Shown here piece after piece: positions 11,357 through 20,469 of a stretch of 44,129 nt of DNA. Under the pieces are notes generated by a model, which had not been told where the DNA came from, ran no database searches, and saw only the letters and a program-made list of their open reading frames with translations. The DNA is taken from the NCBI GenBank assembly GCA_023205875.1, contig CP060771.1, positions 434,001 through 478,129 of the forward strand, given 5' to 3'. Position numbers and translations under genes: made by a program. The stretch's first letter is position 1, and every line of letters begins with the position of its first letter. The stretch is from Chloropicon primus. Lineage: Eukaryota.

Positions 11357-11688
11357 GTGACCTCTCTCGCGCGCGCCTAACGTCCAAGAAGTCAGAGTGC
11401 TTTGTGTGTATTTGTGTAAAAGAACTAGATAGAGTAATCTCATGATACAAGTTGTTGTATTTTTGTTGTCGTTGTTGACGGTCATCGAGTGGCTCGCGAA
11501 AGCGAAAGCAAGAAAAAAAAAGCAGAGACGCTCCCCCTCCCCCCAAGTCTTCTCGTCATCCCCCTTCTCTTCTTGGTCCGTCCCCCCCCGCTACACAAAA
11601 AAAGATCGGTCCAGAGAGGGACAAAGACAGCAGGAAGGCTGCGCAAGAACCCTGCCTCGCCAGCCAAGTCGACTGACCCCCCGGACCC

Positions 11689-12294
11689 CTAACAACAGTT
11701 TGACTTCTGAGCCTGGACCGCCCTTCCCTCGCCGGGCTTGACGGTCTGCTGCTTGCTCATGACAGGCTGGCTCGCCATCCTCTTCTTGATCTCCGCGGCC
11801 ATGGTCATGAAAGACTGCTCGACGTTGGCCGCAGACTTGGCACTCGTCTCCAAGAAAGGGATCCCGAGCTCGTCCGCGAAGGCCTTTGCGGTCTCGTAGT
11901 CTACCACCTTCTTCGAAGTCAAATCGCTCTTGTTGCCGACGAGGAGCTTGTTGACGTTCTCGTTCGCGTAGCGGTCGATCTCCTGCAGCCACACCTTGAC
12001 GTTGTTGAAGCTCTCCTGGTCCGTCACGTCGTACACGACAATGATGCCGTGCGCTCCTCTGTAGTACGACGACGTGATGGTCCTGAACCTCTCCTGTCCG
12101 GCAGTATCCCAGATCTGAAGCTTGATCACCTTCCCATCCAACTCAATCGTTTTGATCTTAAAGTCCACACCAATGGTCGATATGTAACTCTCCTGGTACG
12201 TCTCATCCACGTAACGCAAAAGCAGGCATGACTTTCCTACACCGGAATCCCCGATAAGCAATAGCTTGAACAAATAGTCGTATTCTGGATTCAT
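11689..12294 (-). CDS. RAB1: Rab1/YPT1 (RabD) small GTPase
   Basis: [62 protein letters not shown]-terminal CC prenylation motif. Confidence 0.97.
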   Translation of the reverse strand: MNPEYDYLFKLLLIGDSGVGKSCLLLRYVDETYQESYISTIGVDFKIKTIELDGKVIKLQIWDTAGQERFRTITSSYYRGAHGIIVVYDVTDQESFNNVKVWLQEIDRYANENVNKLLVGNKSDLTSKKVVDYETAKAFADELGIPFLETSAKSAANVEQSFMTMAAEIKKRMASQPVMSKQQTVKPGEGRAVQAQKSNCC

Positions 12295-12764
12295 CCTTTC
12301 CTTTCCTTCGGTTTGGCTTTCCTTTTGCTCTTGTTTTGTTCAGCAGCTAAGAGCTCACTCCCTCCGCCAGACAATATAAAAAAAAAGTTTCCTTCTTCTT
12401 CTTCTTCTTCTTCTTCAGTTGGGAATGGAACAACCTCGAGGTTGACGTGATGGTAAGAACCACGATGTGTTGTGTGTGGGTTGTTTCTTGCTTTGCTTTG
12501 CTTCCTTTCCTCTCTGCCATGCCATGACAAGCGACGGAGACAACCGAGCAAAGGTCAGTACGCAAGGAGCAAGCGGACAAGGAGGAGACAAGAGAAGAGA
12601 AGAGAAGAGAGAGAAGAGAAGAGGACAAACCATTCTCTTTTTGCTCTTTTCTTTTCGTGGGACGGAGAGAGAGAGAGACAGAAGAGACAGGACACGAAAG
12701 AAAAAAACAGACGGAGGGGCAAAACATGAACACCCCGCCTCCCTCCCTCCTCGTCGTCCTGTCT

Positions 12765-12801
<37 letters not shown>

Positions 12802-13449
12802 TTACCTTCCTTCGTCGTCGACGTTGTGTTCCGCCTCGTTAGGTTTTCGCCTCGTTTTTGCTGGCAGAAGGCTTGAAAATGAACATTTTTCGAATAACGT
12901 CACACACACTCTCCTCATAACGTTACCTAACACGGAGAAACAACACGAGAACATACGACACGCTTCCCAACCAATACGCCTCCCAACGAATACAAGTTTT
13001 CCAAATGTAGAATCTAAGTTTGGATATTTCCGCACGAGTGGATATTGCGTTTTGAGTGGTATTTCAAATGTGAAGTAGGGCAACATTTCGAGATCTCCGC
13101 ATTTCGAGAGAGCAGCAGAGCCACGAACGCGTTCTGGCGGTGCGTGAGGTGAGGAAGGCTTGGGACTTGAGGCGGTTCGTGTGACACTATAACGACGAGA
13201 AGGAAGAGATACAAGGGGTTCAACAGATGATGCGTCTCGAGATCTTTCCAACGAACCCTCACTCGACCGAAATGACCACGAACTGAACTGATCCACGAAA
13301 AAAACAACAACACCTTCATCATCATCATCATCATCATCTTGTCCATCGCAGGAGAACAGCATCCTCATACTGCGGCTCGGGTGTTTTGAAGACGTACGGA
13401 GTGGAGTGTCGTTCGATACGACTCGGGATCGACCCTTCGACTCGGTAAC

Positions 13450-15972
13450 ATGACGACGACGAAGACGACGACAAAGATGACGTTCATGATGAAACCTGAA
13501 CAACAACGTCAACACCATCATCCTCAGCGTCATCCTCATCGTCGTCCTCGTCCCTGCGGCCAGGCTGCTCTCCCTCGTAACGCTCGTAACGCTTCACCGT
13601 CGTCATCGTCGTCGTGTCGCTTTGTGATTTCGGGAAGCGCTCTTCGGACGGACGAGAAGGATGCCTCGACGACGACGACGACGACGACGAAGGATGCGGA
13701 TGCCTCCTCGTTGCGTCCTCCGTCGAGGAAGAGGAGCGACTTGGGGAAGCAGATGAGGGAGTACCAGGCGGCGGCGATGGAGGAGGACGAGAGGGTGAGG
13801 GCCCTGATGGAGAACTTGAGGGGGAAGAACTTGAGCGACGCGGACTTTGCGGAGGATGACGTGGAGATGAGGCTGGTGGAGGTAACGGCGTCGAGCAGCG
13901 GGGTGAGAAGGGAGACGACCAGCAGCGGGGCGACTTACGCGGCGTCCGAGGAGGACGACGACAGCCTACCTCTGACGTACGACCCCTCGGAGATTGCGAG
14001 CTACTGGAGCGTCAGGCCGGCGTCCCTGCTCACGAGGATCACCCAGCTCACCACCCTCTCCAGCGGCTTCCTGCGGGGCATCGTGAGCGACGTGGTGAAC
14101 AACAAGGTGTTCAAGAGGGAGGAGACGCGTGGGGAGAGGGAGAGGAGGGAGGTGGAGCGCGCGGCGCAGCTGAGGAAGGTTCTCACCAGGCTGGGACCCG
14201 CCTATATCAAGCTGGGTCAGGCGCTGAGCATCCGACCGGACCTGCTCTCTCCGGTCGCCATGGTGGAGCTCCAGAAGCTTTGCGACAAGGTGCCGTCCTT
14301 CGACTCCAAGGTGGCATACCAGGTCATCTGCGACGAGCTCGGGATCGGCTCGGTGTACGACGTCTTCGAGGACATCACGCCGGAGCCCGTGGCTGCGGCG
14401 TCCCTCGGGCAAGTGTACATCGCCCACCTGAAGAAGAGAGACCCGAAGACGGGGGGGAGGGTCAAGGTGGCGGTCAAGGTGCAGAGGCCCTACGTGCTCG
14501 AGACGGTGACGATCGACTTGTTCATCGTGAGGTCGGTGGGGAAGGCGATCGGGGACCTGTTTCCGAACTTGAAGAAGAGGGTGGACATCGTGGCCCTCCT
14601 CGACGAGTGGGCGGCCAGGTTCTTCGAAGAGCTGGACTACGTCAAGGAGATGAACCACACAAAGCGCTTCGCGGCTTCCATGGCGGAGGAGCTCCCGCAG
14701 ATCCTCGTGCCGGAGTCTTACGAGGAGTACACCAGCAGGAGGGTTCTCGTGAGCGAGTGGATCGAGGGGGAGAAGCTCGCGCAGTCCACCGCCTCGGACG
14801 TCGGGGACCTCGTCAATCTCGGGGTGATCTGCTACCTGAAGCAGCTTCTGGAGATGGGGTTCTTTCACGCGGACCCGCACCCGGGGAACATGATCAGGAC
14901 GCCGGACGGCAGGCTCGCCATCCTCGACTTTGGCTTGATGGCGGAGATCGACAACGAGATCAAGTACGGGATGGTGGAGGCGATCTCCCACCTGATTCAC
15001 AGGGATTACGAGGCCATCGTGTACGATTTCGTGACGCTGGAGTTCATCCCCCCGGGGACGAACCTGTCTCCCATCCTTCCCGTGCTGGCCAAAGTGTTTG
15101 ACCAGGCCTTGGAGGGCGGGGGGGCCAAGAGCATCAATTTTCAGGAGCTGGCAGCCGATTTGGCCCAGATCACTTTTGACTATCCTTTCAGGATTCCGCC
15201 CTACTTTGCGCTGATCATCCGGGCCATCGGGGTCTTGGAGGGCATTGCTCTGGTCGGGGACCCAGATTTCGCCATCGTGGACGAGGCGTACCCGTACCTC
15301 TCAAAAATGCTGCTGATGGACGAGAGCCCAAGGCTCAGGGAAAGCCTCAAGTACACCATTTACGGCAAGGAGGGGGTCTTTGACGTGGACAGGGTGATTG
15401 ACATCCTCCAGGCGTTCGACACGTACACGATCAACTCGAGCTCTTCTTCTGGAGATGCCGGGAGCATGGTGGGTGGCCGCCGGGACGGCCAAACCTCCGG
15501 GGAGACCACCTTGAAGTTCATCGCCTCCGAGGAGGCGAAGTTCTTCAGGAATTTGCTCGTGGATGAGATCGTCAAGAGCATCGACGCTCTTTCCAGGCAG
15601 CAGCTTTTGGGCTTGGCAGACACCTTGGGCCTTCAAAACGCTTTTGTCCCGCTGCTGGTTCCGGGCGTGATGAGGCCCTTTGTCTCCATCACGCCCAAGC
15701 TGACCAAGGAGGACGAGAAGTTGATCCAGAACATCGTGAAGGGCATCAATTTCCTCGCCGCGAACGAAGTCGTCAACGAGAACAGCTCAAACCCGCTGCT
15801 GGTCAACCCAAGGATTCTCCAGGACACAGTCACGGGCCTCAACCCTTCCATGGTCAGGGACGCTCTGTCGCTGGCCAACGAGGTGGTGCCTCAGATAACG
15901 CTCAAGCTCTTGAACCGAATTGCGGCGAGGGCGGTAAGGGACGTCTTCGTAGATGATGCACTTCGTGGATGA
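13450..15972 (+). CDS. ABC1/UbiB atypical kinase, plastid type (ABC1K6-like)
   Basis: LGPAYIKLGQALSIRPD, AAASLGQVY, VAVKVQRP, EELDY, FFHADPHPGN, ILDFG, PFRIPPYFALIIRA; transit-peptide-like N-terminus. Exact start codon is uncertain. Confidence 0.92.
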   Translation: MTTTKTTTKMTFMMKPEQQRQHHHPQRHPHRRPRPCGQAALPRNARNASPSSSSSCRFVISGSALRTDEKDASTTTTTTTKDADASSLRPPSRKRSDLGKQMREYQAAAMEEDERVRALMENLRGKNLSDADFAEDDVEMRLVEVTASSSGVRRETTSSGATYAASEEDDDSLPLTYDPSEIASYWSVRPASLLTRITQLTTLSSGFLRGIVSDVVNNKVFKREETRGERERREVERAAQLRKVLTRLGPAYIKLGQALSIRPDLLSPVAMVELQKLCDKVPSFDSKVAYQVICDELGIGSVYDVFEDITPEPVAAASLGQVYIAHLKKRDPKTGGRVKVAVKVQRPYVLETVTIDLFIVRSVGKAIGDLFPNLKKRVDIVALLDEWAARFFEELDYVKEMNHTKRFAASMAEELPQILVPESYEEYTSRRVLVSEWIEGEKLAQSTASDVGDLVNLGVICYLKQLLEMGFFHADPHPGNMIRTPDGRLAILDFGLMAEIDNEIKYGMVEAISHLIHRDYEAIVYDFVTLEFIPPGTNLSPILPVLAKVFDQALEGGGAKSINFQELAADLAQITFDYPFRIPPYFALIIRAIGVLEGIALVGDPDFAIVDEAYPYLSKMLLMDESPRLRESLKYTIYGKEGVFDVDRVIDILQAFDTYTINSSSSSGDAGSMVGGRRDGQTSGETTLKFIASEEAKFFRNLLVDEIVKSIDALSRQQLLGLADTLGLQNAFVPLLVPGVMRPFVSITPKLTKEDEKLIQNIVKGINFLAANEVVNENSSNPLLVNPRILQDTVTGLNPSMVRDALSLANEVVPQITLKLLNRIAARAVRDVFVDDALRG

Positions 15973-15990
15973 TGTAAGTGTACTTTTACA
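15973..15990. promoter_or_regulatory. TGTAA polyadenylation-like signals on both strands between the convergent ABC1K and RluA genes
   Basis: TGTAA at 15973-15977 (+) and TTACA at 15986-15990 (-). Similar sites follow RPN11 (2441-2445), the PHD gene (7040-7050) and pfkB (11415-11419). UGUAA is the known chlorophyte poly(A) signal. Confidence 0.6.
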
Positions 15991-16067
15991 TATTTTTTGG
16001 TTACCCCACTCCAAGAACCACACACGCACGCGCACAACTCTCTTCTCTCTCTCACACACTCAATCAC

Positions 16068-17786
16068 TCAGTCAAAGGCGCCACTGGACAGGGCGGTCTG
16101 CACAATAGTCTCGATCTCCTCCACCCCCATCGTGTTATCGATTCCCAGCTTTGCCAAGCAGGACGCCATGTCCTGGGGCAGGGGGGCCAGGAACCCGGCT
16201 TCCGAGGGATCGGGAACTCCCTCAGGCACCTCGTTGAGCTTCAATTTGAAAGCGTGCAGGGCCTGCCTCTCCATGAGCTCCTCGGAGAGCATGCCGTACA
16301 GAGTGTCTCCAATGATCGGAAAGCCAGCGTCGGCGACGTGGAGCCTAATCTGGTGCGTCCTCCCGGTGAGAGGTATGGCGCAAATGAGGCAAAAGTGGTT
16401 ATTCTTGCCGTCCTCCAAGTCCATGGAAGAGCTATCGAAAGGATGCAGTTCAGACAGGCGCAAGCTGTACGGCCCGTTCGAACCGGCCGGGGTCGCTCCC
16501 TTGACGCTCCTCGCGATCGTGACAAAGAGGGTCTTGGACGGCTTGGTAGCCTCGGACTCCTCTCCCTCTGCCGTCACCTTCATTGCAATCTCGTGGTCCG
16601 TTTTCCTCTCCAAGGCCGAGTCCGCTATGAAGTGGTCAGGGGGATTCCCGCAACATATCGCCAGGTAGTGCTTCTTCACCCTCCTCTCCCGGAACAACGT
16701 TTGCACAAAAGCGCAAAGGTCTTTGTCCTTGGAGTAAAGCAGGACGCCGGACGTGTCCATGTCGAGCCGGTGCAGCACGTGGGGATTGGCCTGGCCCTCC
16801 CCCGAAGCTCTCTTCCTCCGCACGTAACCAATCGCTCTGTTGACCATGGAGTTCCCCTCGAACCTGTGCCTCGGCGCCGTCCTCACGAACGGAGGTTTGT
16901 TCGCGCAAAGCCAGTACTCGTCCTCGTAAATCACGTCCAAGCCCTGGTCATCCGCAACGAGAGGCTCGGAGCGGATGTAGAGCTTCAGCAGCTTATCAAG
17001 CCGCTTCTCGCTGAGCGACAGACTCTTCCTCACAATTTTGATCCTCTCCGGCAGCGGTAGCGTCACCGGTGTGGTGAGCGCAGTGAAGTCCTCGTCCTCG
17101 TTGTCACCACCTCGTACCCTCTCGCCAGCAGGGCGGCAGAGGTGGAAAGCAATAAAGGACGCAGCCCTCCTGATCTCTTCCTCCCTCTTCTCGGCGAACG
17201 CCAGGGCCTCTTTCGCCTTGGCGTCGTCCCCAGGCGTCAAAGGCCCCGCCTTGTTCGGCCTCGCCCTCAGCTCCTTCCAGAACGCCTCGTGCCTCTTCGC
17301 CTCCGCCTCGTCCTCGTCCTCGCAATCAGACCTCTGCAGGTCACTCGGCATCCTCCTCAACACAGCCCGGGCCTCACTCACAGGTCCCTCCGTCGTCGCT
17401 GCGCAGAGCTCCGGGCAGCAGCTTATCATGTGCCTGGCAAGCCTGGCAGGCAGCCTGACCCCTTGTGCGCATGCAGGACAGAACCACTCTAACTTTTCCT
17501 CCATCCTCTTCCTGTTCTCCTTCTCCATCCCCCTCCCTCTCTTCTCCCCTCCCTTCCTCCCTTCCCCTTCCTCCTCAATCCCTGCAGACCTCCCCCTCAT
17601 CCTCATCCTCAATGCCGTCCTCCCCTCGTCCCTCCCTCCAGCCGTTACGCCAGCCCCTCCTCCGCCGTCACGACGACGAACGTAACGCCCGCCAGAAGTT
17701 AACCCCAACGCCGTCCCACTTCTCGTGAACAAACTCCTCTGCGCTCCATGCAAACCAAACCAACGCCATGCCAAACCCTGGGCCAT
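16068..17786 (-). CDS. RluA/RluD-family RNA pseudouridine synthase with N-terminal extension
   Basis: IYEDEYWLCANKP, catalytic HRLDMDTSG, KHYLA, TGRTHQIRLH, PIIGDTLYG, RQALHA. The likely start is MAQGLAW at 17786, because the longer ORF would overlap TRAPPC2L exon 1. Confidence 0.9.
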   Translation of the reverse strand: MAQGLAWRWFGLHGAQRSLFTRSGTALGLTSGGRYVRRRDGGGGAGVTAGGRDEGRTALRMRMRGRSAGIEEEGEGRKGGEKRGRGMEKENRKRMEEKLEWFCPACAQGVRLPARLARHMISCCPELCAATTEGPVSEARAVLRRMPSDLQRSDCEDEDEAEAKRHEAFWKELRARPNKAGPLTPGDDAKAKEALAFAEKREEEIRRAASFIAFHLCRPAGERVRGGDNEDEDFTALTTPVTLPLPERIKIVRKSLSLSEKRLDKLLKLYIRSEPLVADDQGLDVIYEDEYWLCANKPPFVRTAPRHRFEGNSMVNRAIGYVRRKRASGEGQANPHVLHRLDMDTSGVLLYSKDKDLCAFVQTLFRERRVKKHYLAICCGNPPDHFIADSALERKTDHEIAMKVTAEGEESEATKPSKTLFVTIARSVKGATPAGSNGPYSLRLSELHPFDSSSMDLEDGKNNHFCLICAIPLTGRTHQIRLHVADAGFPIIGDTLYGMLSEELMERQALHAFKLKLNEVPEGVPDPSEAGFLAPLPQDMASCLAKLGIDNTMGVEEIETIVQTALSSGAFD

Positions 17787-18012
17787 CCACAAAACCAAAA
17801 CGAAACGAAACCCAATGCCAAACCCAATGCCGAAGCCGGTGGTGGTAGCGGTAGCGGTGGTGGTAGCGGTGGTGGTGGTGATTGCCTCGCCGCTCCCGTC
17901 CTCGGTCTCGGGTTCGCCGCGCCGCGCGGTACTCGATGGAGGCGACGACGGCGTCGCCAGAAGGAAGCAGGAGCTGGCGACCGAGGCGAGAGAGGAGAGG
18001 AGAGGAGAGGTC

Positions 18013-19081
18013 ATGTTCGCGTGCGTCGCTGTCGTGGGACCAGCGGTAAGGAAACACATCACATCGCAGGACGAAGTCTTCTCTTCTTTGTTTTTGTTTT
18101 TGGCTCGAGGGATGGGAAAGAGAAAGAGAAAGAGAAAGAGAAAGAGAAAGAGAAAGAGAAAGAGAAAGAGAAAGAGGAAGAGGTTTGCTCTGAATCATCC
18201 TGCATCCCCATCATGCCGAGTTCCATCCGAGGAGGGGGAAGAGATTGGCGTTGTGTTCTTCGTCGTGGAGCGGGGGAACACGAAGCAAACCATTTGACCA
18301 AGAACACAGAGACTCACCTTTTGCCTCGTTTGATTTGATTTGTTTGATGCTGCTGATGGTGATGGTGATGGTGATGGTGTTGGTGATGGGACAGAACAAT
18401 CCTTTGTTCGTTCAAACGTATCGAAGTGACAATGTGGTGACAGGGATGCAGGAAGACCCGATCAAGTTCCATTACATACTGCACTGCTCTCTGGATGCCT
18501 TTGAAGAGAAAGGTAAGAACGCTGCTGCTGCTGCTGGTGATGATGATGGTGATGGTGATGGTGATGGTGATGAGTAGGCTCTTCCTCAACTCTCACCTAC
18601 GTGAAGAAGGAAGTGAAGCACCACACACGGAGACACAGGAAGAGAAGAGACTGACACGTGTTCGCTCGCATGGTTTGCTTCTGTCTCTCCGTCAGCCTCG
18701 GCCAACAGCAAGACGAGGGACAACAAGGATTCATACTTGGGGCTTCTGTATCCAACGGAGGACTACAAAGTGTATGGGTAAGTGGTTTCGTCGATCATCC
18801 AATGCGGATGCAGCTCCTTTTTTGTGGCTGTTGCTCAAGCAAGGTGTTGGACTGACTCTTTTGTTTCCAGTTACCTCACGAGCACCCAGGTGAAGCTGAT
18901 ATTGGTGGCGCAGACGTTCAACGCGCAGTCCTCCAAGGAAGGAAGCGTGAAGAAGGTCTTTGAGAGTCTGCATTCTGCGTACATTGACGCGGTCAGTAAC
19001 CCCTTCTACACGCCGGGGAAGAAGATCCAGTCCAAGAGCTTCGAGAAACGTGTCGACCAGATCGTCAGCGCGTCCGCATAG
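18013..19081 (+). CDS. TRAPPC2L: TRAPP complex subunit 2-like (sedlin family); exons 18013-18045, 18395-18512, 18696-18777, 18871-19081
   Basis: Spliced product MFACVAVVGPA|NNPLFVQ...FHYILHCSLDAFEEK..YLGLLYPTEDYKVYG|YLTSTQVKLILV...LHSAYIDAVSNPFY; three GTAAG...AG introns keep the frame. Confidence 0.92.
18117..18175. repeat. (AAAGAG)n microsatellite in TRAPPC2L intron 1
   Basis: Direct hexamer run. Confidence 0.85.
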
Positions 19082-19328
19082 TCCCGAACGAGGTCGGAGT
19101 CTGTTGCCTGGCGGAGGCGAAGGGAGGGACGAGGGGTTTCAAGGGAGAACCTGGGACTGTGAGGCAAAACCATCGGAGGGAAGTCTTCTTCCACTGTAGA
19201 CTATACATACCATTCATAACATAAAAAGGGATAAGGGATAGTGTCGAGCACCCCCATCACCGTCGTCGTAATATACAAATACTCTTGGGCCCCTTGGCCT
19301 GCTGCGCCCCGTCCTCGCCTTGAAAGGA

Positions 19329-19610
19329 TCACGGTATCGACTTGAGGTACCTGTCGATCTCCTCAGCGGCTTGTCTCGGCGGAAGCTTCATGGTGATCTC
19401 CTTTTTCTGTCTTGCCAGCTTCCTCTTCTCCGCCATCTCGAATAAGGAAGGGAAGAGGTGGAGGCCGCAAGCGCAACCTTCCGGGTGACCCGAGACATCT
19501 TCCTGCCCCCCAGCTGGTTTCTTTTTCACCCCTGCCGGAGGTTGCCTCGGTGTCGCGGTCCATAGCTTCATGGCCTCCTGCCTCGCCCTCTCTCTCTCGG
19601 AGTCAGACAT
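19329..19610 (-). CDS. Small hypothetical protein, 93 aa
   Basis: ATG-initiated ORF MSDSERERARQEAMKLW...HPEGCACGLHLF...IDRYLKSIP with coding-like composition, convergent with TRAPPC2L; no recognised family. Confidence 0.5.
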   Translation of the reverse strand: MSDSERERARQEAMKLWTATPRQPPAGVKKKPAGGQEDVSGHPEGCACGLHLFPSLFEMAEKRKLARQKKEITMKLPPRQAAEEIDRYLKSIP

Positions 19611-19686
19611 ACTCTCGTGCCCTGTCCAGAGCAAACCTCGCTCGCTCAGGCCCTTCTCGCCCCCCTCCCTCGCCCCTCAAGGCCAC

Positions 19687-20095
19687 CAAACCCAGCAACC
19701 GACCCCTCAAACGAAAGATCACGAGACGTGTCTTCGCGTGGCACCACAAACACAAGCGCTAATCCACCTCCACTCCCACTGCTTCACACCTTGTCCCGCC
19801 CTTGTCCCTGATGCACCAGCCTCTCTCGATGCCTCCTATTCGAGTCTTCCTCGACCAATCCGTGAGCAAACCCAGCAAGCGACCACTCAAACGAAAGATC
19901 GTGAGACGAATCTTCGTGTCCACCCCCTGGTTTATCTCCCTTATCTCTCCCCTTCCGCAATCTCTCCCCTCGTCCTGGTGGTCCCCCACCTTCCTCTCGG
20001 TCCCGGCACTTGAATCCCCCCTCCGTCTCCCCTCAAGGCGACGAAACCAAGCAATCGACCACTCAAACGAAAGATCGTGAGACGTATCTTCGTTT
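19687..20095. repeat. Three copies of a ~52 bp element spaced 180 and 176 bp apart
   Basis: AAACCCAGCAA-CGACC-CTCAAACGAAAGATC-(A/G)-(C/T)GAGACG--TCTTCG near 19687, 19867 and 20043. Confidence 0.88.
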
Positions 20096-20469
20096 GATCG
20101 GCTTCCCTTCCTCCCTCTCCCCCCTCCTCTCCGTCAACCTCCCTCGATAAGGTTCCCCCTCGAGTTATTGATAAAAGTTATCTATATTTATCTTTTGTGG
20201 TCCACAAAGGCGGAGAGCGTCGCAGGACGAGAGAGAGCGAGAGGGAGGGAGGGAGCGCGAGCGGAGGCGGTGGAGAGGGGGAGGGAGAGGGACAGGATTC
20301 ACACCCGGCCGGCGTAGCGTCACGCTTCAGGCTTCCCTCCTCATTCATTCAAGGGACAGCGAGGCGAGGCGAGGCATTGAGAGGAAACAGGGAGGAGAGT
20401 GAGTGTCCAGAGCAGAAGCCAGTGTCGTTGCGTTCGTTGTTCGGGAACGGGCCAGGAAGGAGAGAGAGG

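Noticed and set aside
12839..12847. TTAGGTTTT (minus-strand AAAACCTAA) as a possible telomerase RNA template
   Set aside because: A 9-nt match to some permutation is expected by chance in 44 kb; there is no clear Pol III promoter or terminator, and it appears to lie in the RAB1 5'UTR exon.
19687..20095. Regularly spaced repeats resembling a CRISPR array
   Set aside because: Eukaryotic context, spacers of ~125 bp of low complexity, degenerate repeats and no cas genes.
20197..20469. N-terminal ORF extensions from GTG/TTG starts (also COQ3, GCSH, UMP-CMP kinase, ICP55, RluA)
   Set aside because: Nuclear genes start at ATG; the extensions translate microsatellite or low-complexity UTR sequence.
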